Source of the DNA: Candidatus Latescibacterota bacterium
Lineage (GTDB): Bacteria > Latescibacterota > UBA2968 > UBA8231
Length of the DNA stretch: 64,000 bases
Direction of reading: 5' to 3'
NCBI GenBank assembly: GCA_965261395.1
Contig: OZ253462.1
Location: 3,456,001 to 3,520,000, forward strand
The notes under the pieces: model-generated
Database searches by the model: none
Seen by the model: the letters and a program-made list of their open reading frames with translations, nothing else
What the model was told of the DNA's origin: nothing
Shown here: piece after piece, positions 31,213 to 40,236 of the stretch
How the letters are laid out: each line of letters starts with the position of its first letter
Position numbering within the stretch: the first letter of the stretch is position 1
Made by a program: the position numbers and the translations under genes

Positions 31213-32892
31213 ATGCGCCGTTACCCCGTCTGGAATGTCATCCGCGACGACCCGTACGATAGCTTGATTGATGCCCTGCTCGCCAGCCGCGGCCTGACCC
31301 GCGCTGAGCTACAAGTCGGCCCCGCAGCCCTGCATCCGCCCGAGCAAATGCAGGACATGTCAACGGCGGTTGCGCGCCTAGAACGCGCCGTGCGCACCCG
31401 CGAGAAGATCGTCGTGTACGGCGACTACGACGTCGACGGGGTTTGTAGCACCACAGTGCTCATGGATTTTCTCGAGTATGTGGGTGCCGACTGCGACTGC
31501 CTCTTGCCCGATCGCCACAAGGACGGGTACGGCCTCAAGCCGCCTGGGGTTGAGCACGCCATAGCAAAGGGCGCGCGCGTGATCGTCACGGTTGACAATG
31601 GCATTTCGGCCTATGATGCCCTAGAGCTGGCCGCGGTGCACGGTGTGGAGGTCGTCGTAGTCGATCACCACCAGCAACTCGCCGAACTGCCGCGCGCCCT
31701 CGCCATTGTCAACCCCAATCGCCGCGATTGCGCCTATCCTTTTAAAAGCTTGGCCGGCGTCGGCGTCACCTTCAAGCTGGTGCAAGCCCTCAGCGAAGCC
31801 TTTCTCACCGGCGAGGAGCGCCGCCGCTATCTCAACGAATTGCTCGACCTCGTGGCCTTGGGGACAGTGGCCGATCTCGTGCCCGTGCTGGGGGAGAATC
31901 GCCTGTTCATTCAGCGCGGCCTGCAGATCCTCCAGCGCACCAAGCGCCTCGGGCTGCGCGCGCTCAAGAGGGTGGCCAATTCCGGAGACCAGCCCCTTGA
32001 TGCCGCCAGCTTGGGTTTTCGCTTGGGGCCGAGGATCAATGTCGCCGGCCGCCTAAAGTCGCCCGATATAGCGCTGCGGCTTTTGCGCTCCAAAAACGAG
32101 GGGGAGGCCGCGCAGTTGGCTGACGAACTCAACAAGCTCAACTCCCAACGGCAGGTCTGGCAGCGCGAGGGCATACTGGAGGTCGAGGAACAGGTCGGCC
32201 CGGAGGAGCACGTGGAGGATCACATCATCGTGGTGCTGGGGGAGTGGAATGTGGGGATCGTCGGCCTGTTGGCCAGCAAGTTGTGCGAAAAATACGCCCG
32301 CCCCGCCGTCGTGTGTACCCAAGGTGGCGACCACGGCCTCTGCGTAGGTTCGGCCCGCAGCATTCCGTGCTACGACATCAGCGAGGGGATCCACGCCTGC
32401 GAAGAGCACTTGCAGACGCATGGTGGCCATCCGGCGGCCGCGGGTTTTTCGCTCGCATCCGACGCCTTTGAGCGCTTTCGCCTCGCGCTGATCGGGCACG
32501 CCAACGCCCACATTAGCGCCGAGGCACTGCAACCGGTCTTGGATATCGACCTGATGCTCAAGCCGGCCGATTTGACGCTGGACACGGTGGAGCAACTCGC
32601 CGCGCTAGAGCCTTTTGGCAACGGACACCGGCGTCCGGTTTTTGTCCTAGAGGACTGTCGGGTCATTTGGTCGCGGCAGATCGGCAAAAACGGCCTCCAC
32701 TTCAAGGCCGAATTGGAGGTAGAGGGCCGCCGCTGTACTGCGCTGTGGTGGAATCAAAAAGACCTCGCGGATCAGGTGCAGCCGGGCGACCGGCTGAGCG
32801 CGGCCTTCGAGTTGGAGGCAGACACCTATACCGGCAATGGCGCCGTGCAGATGGTTATCAAGGACCTGTACTTGCAGGAGCCTGCGGCCTAG
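31213..32892 (+). CDS. recJ: Single-stranded-DNA-specific exonuclease RecJ
   Basis: 'YGDYDVDG', 'TVDNG', 'VDHH', 'LGTVAD', 'GPRIN', 'GGHPAAAG', 'LEPFGNG'. Confidence 0.97.
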   Translation: MRRYPVWNVIRDDPYDSLIDALLASRGLTRAELQVGPAALHPPEQMQDMSTAVARLERAVRTREKIVVYGDYDVDGVCSTTVLMDFLEYVGADCDCLLPDRHKDGYGLKPPGVEHAIAKGARVIVTVDNGISAYDALELAAVHGVEVVVVDHHQQLAELPRALAIVNPNRRDCAYPFKSLAGVGVTFKLVQALSEAFLTGEERRRYLNELLDLVALGTVADLVPVLGENRLFIQRGLQILQRTKRLGLRALKRVANSGDQPLDAASLGFRLGPRINVAGRLKSPDIALRLLRSKNEGEAAQLADELNKLNSQRQVWQREGILEVEEQVGPEEHVEDHIIVVLGEWNVGIVGLLASKLCEKYARPAVVCTQGGDHGLCVGSARSIPCYDISEGIHACEEHLQTHGGHPAAAGFSLASDAFERFRLALIGHANAHISAEALQPVLDIDLMLKPADLTLDTVEQLAALEPFGNGHRRPVFVLEDCRVIWSRQIGKNGLHFKAELEVEGRRCTALWWNQKDLADQVQPGDRLSAAFELEADTYTGNGAVQMVIKDLYLQEPAA

Positions 32893-32937
32893 GGCGGTTT
32901 TCTCGGAATTGGACCTAGCGAGCTAGAGAATGCAAAC

Positions 32938-34146
32938 ATGATAAGTTCCCAATACACCAAGGAGTTGTGCATCCGGGACAGCGACGCCAAAATCGTCCTG
33001 TTGGTCGTCGATGGCTTGGGCGGGTTGCCCCATCCCGCCACCGGTAAGTCCGAGCTGGAGACGGCCCGCTTGCCCAACTTAGACGCGCTGGCCAAGGGGG
33101 GCACCTGCGGCCTGAGTTCGCCTTTAGGGGCTGGCTTTACTCCGGGCAGCGGCCCAGCCCACTTAGCTCTCTTTGGCTACGATCCTTGGCAGAGCCAAAT
33201 TGGTCGCGGTGCCCTTTCAGCCCTTGGTTTGGGGTTGGACTTTGCTCGTGGCGACGTGGCGGCGCGCCTCAATTTTTGCACGGTGGATACTGCGGGCCGG
33301 GTGTCCGACCGCCGCGCCGGCCGCATCCCCACGGAAAAAGGCCGCCAGCTTTGCGAAGTGTTACGAGCGATCACAATACCCGGAGTGGAGATACAGGTCG
33401 CCGCCGAGATGGAATACCGCGCCGGCGTGGTGCTTCGCGGTGCGGGCTTGGGCGACCAAGTCTCAGATTCAGACCCCCAAGTGACGGGGGTGCCGCCCAA
33501 GCCCCTGACGGCACTTGCGCCGGGTTCCGAGCGCACCGTCGAAGTGGCCAATGCCTTTTTAGAGCAAGCCGCTGCATTGCTCGCTGACGAGCACCCGGCC
33601 AACATGGTGCTGCTGCGCGGATTCGGTCGCTACCCAGCGCTAGTGTCGATGGACGAGGCGTACGGGCTGAAAGCACTGGGCATTGCTGGGTATCCCATGT
33701 ACCGCGGCGTGGCCGGGGCCGTGGGCATGGATGTCGAAGAGGTCGGCTGGGATCTCGCATCCGAGTTCGCCTTGCTCGAAAGCCGCTATGCGGACTACGA
33801 CTTTTTCTACGTCCACGCAAAGAAGACCGACAGCGCGGGCGAGGACGGCGATTTCGACTTGAAGGTGCGGCTGTTAGAGGAGCTAGATACCTACATTCCG
33901 CAGTTGCTCGCGCTGCAACCCGAGGTACTCATCGTCACCGGCGACCACTCGACCCCTTCGATTATGCGCAGCCACAGTTGGCATCCGGTGCCCACGGTCA
34001 TAGCCAGCCGGTGGGCATTGGCCGACGCGGCAGATGAATTTTCCGAGCGCGGTTGCAGTGCTGGCAGCCTCGGAATCGCGCCTACAACGAGCTTGATGGC
34101 CCAGGCATTGGCCCACGCGCGCCGGCTCGACAAATTCGGCGCTTGA
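32938..34146 (+). CDS. apgM: 2,3-bisphosphoglycerate-independent phosphoglycerate mutase (archaeal type)
   Basis: 'VVDGLGG', 'PGSGPAHLALFGYDP', 'DRRAGRI', 'KKTDSAGEDG', 'TGDHSTP'. Confidence 0.93.
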   Translation: MISSQYTKELCIRDSDAKIVLLVVDGLGGLPHPATGKSELETARLPNLDALAKGGTCGLSSPLGAGFTPGSGPAHLALFGYDPWQSQIGRGALSALGLGLDFARGDVAARLNFCTVDTAGRVSDRRAGRIPTEKGRQLCEVLRAITIPGVEIQVAAEMEYRAGVVLRGAGLGDQVSDSDPQVTGVPPKPLTALAPGSERTVEVANAFLEQAAALLADEHPANMVLLRGFGRYPALVSMDEAYGLKALGIAGYPMYRGVAGAVGMDVEEVGWDLASEFALLESRYADYDFFYVHAKKTDSAGEDGDFDLKVRLLEELDTYIPQLLALQPEVLIVTGDHSTPSIMRSHSWHPVPTVIASRWALADAADEFSERGCSAGSLGIAPTTSLMAQALAHARRLDKFGA

Positions 34147-34147
34147 G

Positions 34148-34996
34148 ATGATCACTCCCCTGCGCATTGCCCATCGTGGCGCATCCGGTCTGGGACTGGC
34201 GCCCGAGAATACGTTGGCCGCTTGCGAAAAGGCCCTCCAGATCGGCGTCGATATACTCGAAATCGACGTCCATGCCACCCGCGACGGCCAGATCGTGGTC
34301 TTGCACGACGCGGCGCTTGACCGGACGACCAATGGCACCGGGTTGGTCGCCGACCTCTTGGGCGAGGAAGTGCGCCAATTCGATGCTGGCCGCTGGTTTA
34401 GCGCTGATTTTGCCGGCGAGCGCGTGCCCCTGCTCGAAGACGTACTCGACTTAGCGCGCAACCAAGCCCTCGTGCTGATAGAGATCAAGGCCGATGGCAT
34501 TGCCGAGCGCGTCCTGCAGGTGATTGAGGCGGCGAATGCGGCTGGGCGCGTCGTGGTGCAAGCGTTCAATCCGCAAACCGTCCAGCGGCTCAATTTGCTC
34601 GCCCCTACCCTGCCCACCGCGCTGTTGGTCGGCCAGTTGCCGACCACGCCATCGCGGGTGCGCGCACGCCGCCTCGTGCGCCAAGTGCTGCAAGTGGGGG
34701 CCAACGCGCTGGCGATGTGGTACGCGGCCCTGACCCCACCCTTCCTCGAAGAGATGCGCCAGCGGGGCATTGCGGTCTGGGCTTGGACCGTTGACGAGGA
34801 CATTGCCATGCGCGACTTGGCGACGATGGGGGTCCAAGGGATCATCACCAATCGGCCAGACCTGCTCAATCAGGTGCTCGACGAACTGGTCGCCGAAGGG
34901 CAGGTCCGGCCGCCCTTGGGCCAGCGCGTCAAGCGCAGCCGCTGGGGTCGCCGCCGCCAATTGCGCAAGCTCAAGGCCGCCAAGAGGGGTCGCTAA
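34148..34996 (+). CDS. Glycerophosphodiester phosphodiesterase
   Basis: 'IAHRGASG...PENT', 'EIDVH', 'IEIK', 'WTVD', 'IITNRP'. Confidence 0.92.
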   Translation: MITPLRIAHRGASGLGLAPENTLAACEKALQIGVDILEIDVHATRDGQIVVLHDAALDRTTNGTGLVADLLGEEVRQFDAGRWFSADFAGERVPLLEDVLDLARNQALVLIEIKADGIAERVLQVIEAANAAGRVVVQAFNPQTVQRLNLLAPTLPTALLVGQLPTTPSRVRARRLVRQVLQVGANALAMWYAALTPPFLEEMRQRGIAVWAWTVDEDIAMRDLATMGVQGIITNRPDLLNQVLDELVAEGQVRPPLGQRVKRSRWGRRRQLRKLKAAKRGR

Positions 34997-35026
34997 AGAC
35001 TCGGCAGAGTGGGGAGGAGGTCACAG

Positions 35027-35233
35027 ATGTTCTACACCTTGTTAGCCGTATTGCTGCTGATTGTCGTGGTGCTGAAGTTCTGGTCGCCTTTTGGCCAGCG
35101 GTGTCCCCAGTGCCAAGCCCGCCGGGAAGATGCGGAATATCCCTTGTGTCCAAATTGCGGGTGGATATATGAAGTGCCCGGGGAAGAAGACGAGGATTTT
35201 GCGCCGGACGACGACGAAAATGCGAAATTCTGA
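35027..35233 (+). CDS. Small membrane-anchored zinc-ribbon protein
   Basis: N-terminal TM; CPQC...CPNC; acidic tail; GGAGG RBS. Confidence 0.65.
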   Translation: MFYTLLAVLLLIVVVLKFWSPFGQRCPQCQARREDAEYPLCPNCGWIYEVPGEEDEDFAPDDDENAKF

Positions 35234-35269
35234 AGGGCGCGAAGCCGCGTTGCTGCGCCCTGTTTGCGC

Positions 35270-35299
35270 TTGACAATTCCCTGTACTTCCCTTTAGATT
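35270..35299 (+). promoter_or_regulatory. Putative sigma70 promoter
   Basis: TTGACA (35270-35275), 18-nt spacer, TAGATT (35294-35299), upstream of the gene at 35352. Confidence 0.5.
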
Positions 35300-35351
35300 G
35301 TCTCTGATTATATAGGGAAGCACAGAACGTTCAAACTCAGGAAGGTGGACC

Positions 35352-35975
35352 ATGAAAATGCGGGCAATATCGCTGTTTGTCGCCGTCGCGGTTTTGGCGG
35401 GCTGTGCCGACCCTCCCACAGTCGAGCTAGACGCGGCCAAGCAAGCCCTCGACTCGGCCCGGGATGTCGGTGCCGAGCAATTTGCCGCCAGCGAGTACTC
35501 GGCCGCTCAGCGCGCGTACAACGAAGCTGAAGCAACGACCAACACCGAAGCCGAGCGCTTTTTCCTTTTCAAGGACTTTGAGCAGGCGCGAGCGCAAATC
35601 GCCGATGCCAAGACCAAAGCCATGCGGGCAGAGTCGTCTGCGGAAGTCGAAAAGAAACGCCAGAAGGAGTCGGCCGAAGCAGCAATTGCCGCCGCCCGCG
35701 ACGCGGTCAGCGCCGCATATACCAGCTTAGAGGAAGCGCCGTCTGGCAAAGGCACGGAGGCCGATATTGAAGAGCTGAGCGCCGAGTTGAGCATGGCCGA
35801 AGCCGATATAGACGCGGCCGAAGCCGCGCTGAACAGCGAGAATTTCTCGGATGCCGAGTCCCTCGCCGAGAGCGCGGATCAGCAAGCCACCGAGATCGCC
35901 GACGGCGTGATGGTGGCCGTGGATAGATACCATGAGTTGGTCGAGAAGATGCGTCCTTGGTACGAGCGCATCTGA
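35352..35975 (+). CDS. Ala-rich coiled-coil lipoprotein (DUF4398-like)
   Basis: Lipobox 'LAGC'; 'PPTVELDAAKQAL...GAEQFA'. Confidence 0.75.
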   Translation: MKMRAISLFVAVAVLAGCADPPTVELDAAKQALDSARDVGAEQFAASEYSAAQRAYNEAEATTNTEAERFFLFKDFEQARAQIADAKTKAMRAESSAEVEKKRQKESAEAAIAAARDAVSAAYTSLEEAPSGKGTEADIEELSAELSMAEADIDAAEAALNSENFSDAESLAESADQQATEIADGVMVAVDRYHELVEKMRPWYERI

Positions 35976-36004
35976 GCACGCGCCATTGCAAGCCTCAACT
36001 ACAG

Positions 36005-36040
36005 GCGGCCGGGAGTTATTCCCGGCCGCTTTGTTTTTTT
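36005..36040 (+). terminator. Rho-independent terminator
   Basis: Perfect 10-bp stem GCGGCCGGGA/TCCCGGCCGC, 5-nt loop, then TTTGTTTTTTT. Confidence 0.8.
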
Positions 36041-36579
36041 GGGTATTGCTGTGGGGGCCGCCCGCCGCGTCTGCGTCCGCGCTGTCGTTAGAGCACCAGC
36101 AACTGGTGCAAGCCGTTGAGCGCCATGCCCTAGCTACTCCCTACATCGTCATCAACACCCAAGACAATCTAATCCTGCTCCGCGAGGGGGAGCAGGTGTT
36201 GCGCCAAGCCGCTTGTGCAACGGGCAGCGGCCGCAAACTCGAAGGCACCAAGCGGTGGCATCGCTGGACCTTCGACACCCCCAAGGGCCGCTTCGCCATC
36301 CGCCGCAAAGTCGCCGACCCCCTATGGACCCGGCCGACTTGGTTCTTCGTCGAAAACGACGAGGAGATCCCCATTTTCGCCGAAGATCCGAGGCGGTTCC
36401 AGCGCGGGGTCTTGGGCACGTACGCATTGTACTTCCTCAAGGATTTTATGATCCACGGCACGCTCTTTGAAATCAACTTGGGCAAGAGTATAACCCACGG
36501 CTGCGTACGGGTGGGCAACGAGGATCTGGAGTACCTCTACGAAGCCGTCGAGATCGGCTGGCCGGTCTTTATCTACTAG
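36031..36579 (+). CDS. L,D-transpeptidase (YkuD family)
   Basis: 'TPKGRF', 'GVLGTYAL', 'IHGT...SITHGCVR'; start uncertain (frame open from 35932). Confidence 0.88.
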   Translation: MFFWVLLWGPPAASASALSLEHQQLVQAVERHALATPYIVINTQDNLILLREGEQVLRQAACATGSGRKLEGTKRWHRWTFDTPKGRFAIRRKVADPLWTRPTWFFVENDEEIPIFAEDPRRFQRGVLGTYALYFLKDFMIHGTLFEINLGKSITHGCVRVGNEDLEYLYEAVEIGWPVFIY

Positions 36580-36588
36580 CGATTAGCG

Positions 36589-37110
36589 ATGAAGCACCTA
36601 GCGTTGGTTTGGGCCTTTGCGTGCGGCACGAGCGCGGCGTCGGCTGAGGATTTGGCCTATGTCAACGCTGCGCTGCGAGCTTGGTTGCAGGCCATAGAAG
36701 CGGACGTGCCGTACTTGCTGGTGGACCGGGGTGCAGCTGAGCTACGGCTGATGCACGGGAAGGCGCTCTTGCGGCGCGTCCCCCTCGCGGCCGATTCCCT
36801 AGGAAAGCGACCGCCGGTGCAATCCTCGCTCCAGGCCCGGTTGCGGCGCTATCGACCCAGCAATCCTTGGCGCGGCTTGGTATCCAGCCCTTTCGATTGG
36901 GAACAGAATTTGGTTGCCGACGCCGCGGCCACCAGTGCCCTGTACTTTGCGAGCGGGCTGCTGATCTACGCCAACCCGGCGTGGCACCGCCCGAGCGCCA
37001 TGGATTTGCAAATCGAGGCCGCTGATTTGCGCGCTCTATACAATGCCTGCGGTCCGAGCACCCCGCTCGTCGTTCTCCCCGCTAACTGGAGAGAGGGGCC
37101 GGAGCAGTGA
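36589..37110 (+). CDS. Secreted hypothetical protein, possibly a degenerate YkuD-fold
   Basis: Signal peptide; 'YLLVDR...LRLMHG' and 'DLRALYNA...TPLVV' echo the YkuD layout without the HxC catalytic motif. Confidence 0.5.
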   Translation: MKHLALVWAFACGTSAASAEDLAYVNAALRAWLQAIEADVPYLLVDRGAAELRLMHGKALLRRVPLAADSLGKRPPVQSSLQARLRRYRPSNPWRGLVSSPFDWEQNLVADAAATSALYFASGLLIYANPAWHRPSAMDLQIEAADLRALYNACGPSTPLVVLPANWREGPEQ

Positions 37111-38366
37111 CCTTGCACTTTGGCGCGGCGGCCGCCGACATCACGCCGCCTGTTGGCATCGCAATGGGCGGGTATTGGGGGCGGCGGTCCGGGGCCACGC
37201 ATATCCGTGATCGCCTCATGGCCAAGGCCCTTGTCTGCGGCCTCGGGTCGGCGCGCGTCGCCTTAGTCGCCGTCGATTTGGTGGGGTTGGACGCCGCCGT
37301 TGTGCGGGCGATTCGGGAGCGGGTAGCGTGCTCCACCGGCATCGAAGTCATGGCTGTGATGATCTGTGCCTCCCACACTCACTCCGGCCCACTAACCTTT
37401 CCCTTCCGGGGCATGGGCCGCATCGACAGCCGCTACTTGGAGCAGGTCGTGGACGCCGTGGTCGAGGTGGTGATAGCTGCTGCCGCCGACAGCCGACCGG
37501 GTCGTTTGTACTATGCGCGCCCCCAGGTACAGATAGGCCGCAATCGCCGGCCGCAGAGCGTCAAAGGCGAGTTTGTGCCCTACGCGCACGTGTTGCGCTT
37601 TGTCGCTGAGTGTGGGGCGGAGGCCACGATTTTTAGCTACGCCTGTCATCCGGTGGTTTTGGGCCGCGACAATCACCAGATCAGCGCCGACTTCCCCGGG
37701 GTAGCGGCCCGCTGCATTGAGGCGGCGACCGGCGGGCGGGCTCTGTTTGTCAATGGGGCCTGCGGCGACGTCAACCCGCGGATCGCCAACGGCTCGTTTG
37801 CAGATGTGGATCGCTTGGGGGAGGAGTTGGGGAGGGCCGTGCTGGAGGGGCGGGCGGAGGCCACGCCCGTGGACGCCTCGGCGCTACGCTGGGCGCACGA
37901 GCGATTGGATTTGCCGCTGAGACCCTTACCACCGCGCTGGCGTGCCGAGGCTGAGAAACTCAAATGGCATCTGCGGGCGCGTTTGGCGCGGGGCGGCGAG
38001 GTGCCCACAGCGCAGCTCAAATGGGCTGTGGCCATGGAAAAATGGGTGAGGGCTGGCGCGGCGCGTGCGCGGGTGCAGCCCTTTGAGATACAGGCGTTGG
38101 CTCTCGGCGAGCTGGTGCTCTTGGGTATGGAAGGCGAGCTTTTTGCCCGCTATCAACTCGACTTGGAGGTCGCGCATGGGCCAGCCGTCTTGTGCGGCTT
38201 TGCCAATGGTTGCATTGGCTATGTGCCCACGGCCGACGAGTACGCGCGCGGCGGCTACGAGATTGACCTAGCCTATAAGGTCTATCCGAGCGTGCAGATG
38301 ATTGCGCCGGCGAGCGAGTCGCTGATACGGCAGCGGGCTGCGGCGTTGGTAGCAAAAGTGCGATAG
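37107..38366 (+). CDS. Neutral/alkaline ceramidase-like metallohydrolase
   Basis: 'DITPP', 'ASHTHSGP', 'YACHP', 'ISADFPG', 'GACGDVNP', 'GYVPT...GGYE'. Confidence 0.85.
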   Translation: MTLHFGAAAADITPPVGIAMGGYWGRRSGATHIRDRLMAKALVCGLGSARVALVAVDLVGLDAAVVRAIRERVACSTGIEVMAVMICASHTHSGPLTFPFRGMGRIDSRYLEQVVDAVVEVVIAAAADSRPGRLYYARPQVQIGRNRRPQSVKGEFVPYAHVLRFVAECGAEATIFSYACHPVVLGRDNHQISADFPGVAARCIEAATGGRALFVNGACGDVNPRIANGSFADVDRLGEELGRAVLEGRAEATPVDASALRWAHERLDLPLRPLPPRWRAEAEKLKWHLRARLARGGEVPTAQLKWAVAMEKWVRAGAARARVQPFEIQALALGELVLLGMEGELFARYQLDLEVAHGPAVLCGFANGCIGYVPTADEYARGGYEIDLAYKVYPSVQMIAPASESLIRQRAAALVAKVR

Positions 38367-38384
38367 ATTACAACAGGAGGATGT

Positions 38385-39059
38385 ATGCGCGATCTAGAGG
38401 TGCTCTACGATCAAGTTCCGGCGACCCGGTGTGCTGGGACGGGCGATTGCTGTGCGCTCACGGACGAGGAGTTCGACACCTACTACGCCACCATGTTTCC
38501 GCTCTACCGGGCCGAATACGTCCACATCGTCGCCTATGTGGAACGGCACTTTTCCCCTCAGCGTCGCCAGGAGTTGCTGAGCTTTACCGAGGAGCGGCCC
38601 CGTCGCTGCCCCTTTCTCGGCGCGGACCATAGCTGTACCATCTATCCGGTGCGCCCACTGATTTGCCGCACGTACGGAGCGATGAATCCGGTCTCGATTG
38701 CCCGCCAAGCCCTCGCGCATCAGGGCGCTTTGCCGTCGGCGCAAATCCGCTCCTTTGTTCGGCGCGAGGCCGGCATGGTGTGTCCGCGGGTGGCCGTGCT
38801 GGAGCCGGAAAAAGTCGCGCGGCACGCCCGCATGCTCATCGAAGGGACGTACGAGCGCGAATTGACGCGGCTCAGCGCCGAGGTGGAACTGACGGGCGGG
38901 ATACGCAAACGGCTCTTCCAACGGCTCACCGGCCGGAGAGAGTGGCCGCTGCGCTGGTCTTGGGGGGGCTTTAATGCGCTGCGCTTTGCGCCGCTGGCAT
39001 GGCTGCGCCAGCACTTTGCTGCGTATTGGAAAAAAGCCGAGTTAATCGATGGCAAGTAA
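38385..39059 (+). CDS. YkgJ-family (CxxCxxCC) cysteine-cluster protein
   Basis: 'CAGTGDCC', 'CPFL...CTIYPVRPLICRTYG'. Confidence 0.85.
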   Translation: MRDLEVLYDQVPATRCAGTGDCCALTDEEFDTYYATMFPLYRAEYVHIVAYVERHFSPQRRQELLSFTEERPRRCPFLGADHSCTIYPVRPLICRTYGAMNPVSIARQALAHQGALPSAQIRSFVRREAGMVCPRVAVLEPEKVARHARMLIEGTYERELTRLSAEVELTGGIRKRLFQRLTGRREWPLRWSWGGFNALRFAPLAWLRQHFAAYWKKAELIDGK

Positions 39060-39078
39060 CGCGAAAGGAGATTGCACC

Positions 39079-40236
39079 ATGCAACAATACCGAGTCGCTA
39101 TTTTGGGCTGCCGCAGCCGGGGCACGGCCGCGGCCCGCGCGTATCATCAGCATCCCCGCACCGAGGTCGTAGCATTGTGCGACCTTGTGCCCGAGCGGCT
39201 GGCGGAACTCGGCGACGAGCTGGGGGTTGCAGCCCGCTACGACGACCTCGACCGGATGATTGAGGCCGAGGCCCCGGACATCGTCGCCATCCCCACGGGC
39301 ACTGAGTTCCACTATCCGCTCGCCATGCAAGTGCTGGAGCACAGAGTCCACATTGACATTGAAAAGCCGATCTGCACGACCTTGGCCGAGGCCGACGCGG
39401 TGTTGGCCAAAGCTGAGGAGCAAGGGGTGCAAGTGGCCGTGCATCACCAAGGGCGCAGCGGCGGTGCGCTGCAAGCGGTCAAGGCGGCGATTGCCGAGGG
39501 TCGGATCGGCGACTTGCGCTATGTGCAGGGCAGCGGCAAGGGCTACTACGGAGGCTACGGCCTGATGAATATCGCCACGCACTCGCTCAACGCCATGCTC
39601 GGAGTGGCCGGCCCGGTGCGGAGCGTCCAAGCCGTGGCCCTGACCGATGGCCGCCCGATTACTCCCGAGGATGTGGTGCCGTCGCCGAGTGGCATGGGCT
39701 ACATCGCCGGCGAGCACGTGACCGCGGCCCTCACCTTTGCGCGCGGGATTTCGGCCACCCTCTTGCAGCACCGCTTCCCCAAGATGGATTCAACGGCCTA
39801 TATGATCGAGATCTACGGCACCGAGGGCCGGCTCTACTGGAAGAGCGGTGCCCCGTGGTTTTTGTCCACACCGCACTTTGCTCCCGGCCACGCCGAGTGG
39901 CAGCCGCTCGCTCCCTTAGTGCCCGAGCACTACGACCCAGCGGGCTCAGCTTCGGTGGAGGACTACCAGTTCGCCGACGAGTACGTGCAGGCGCTCGACG
40001 AGGGCCGCGCGCACGAGTGCTCGGGCGAGGCGGGTCGCCACGTGCTGGAGATATTGATGGGGATTTTCGAGTCGGGGGCACGCGGTCGGCGCGTGGATTT
40101 GCCGCAAGTAGAACGCGACCACCCGCTCTTGCGTTGGCGCGAGGAACACGGCATGGGTCTGCCCAGTTCCATGCCACGCCCGTATGCGGAGTGGCTCGCC
40201 GCGGAAGATTGCCGCTTGGGCCGGAGCGCGCGTTAG
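39079..40236 (+). CDS. Gfo/Idh/MocA oxidoreductase
   Basis: 'VAILGCRSRG', 'IEKP', 'ATHSLN'; AGGAG RBS. Confidence 0.9.
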   Translation: MQQYRVAILGCRSRGTAAARAYHQHPRTEVVALCDLVPERLAELGDELGVAARYDDLDRMIEAEAPDIVAIPTGTEFHYPLAMQVLEHRVHIDIEKPICTTLAEADAVLAKAEEQGVQVAVHHQGRSGGALQAVKAAIAEGRIGDLRYVQGSGKGYYGGYGLMNIATHSLNAMLGVAGPVRSVQAVALTDGRPITPEDVVPSPSGMGYIAGEHVTAALTFARGISATLLQHRFPKMDSTAYMIEIYGTEGRLYWKSGAPWFLSTPHFAPGHAEWQPLAPLVPEHYDPAGSASVEDYQFADEYVQALDEGRAHECSGEAGRHVLEILMGIFESGARGRRVDLPQVERDHPLLRWREEHGMGLPSSMPRPYAEWLAAEDCRLGRSAR

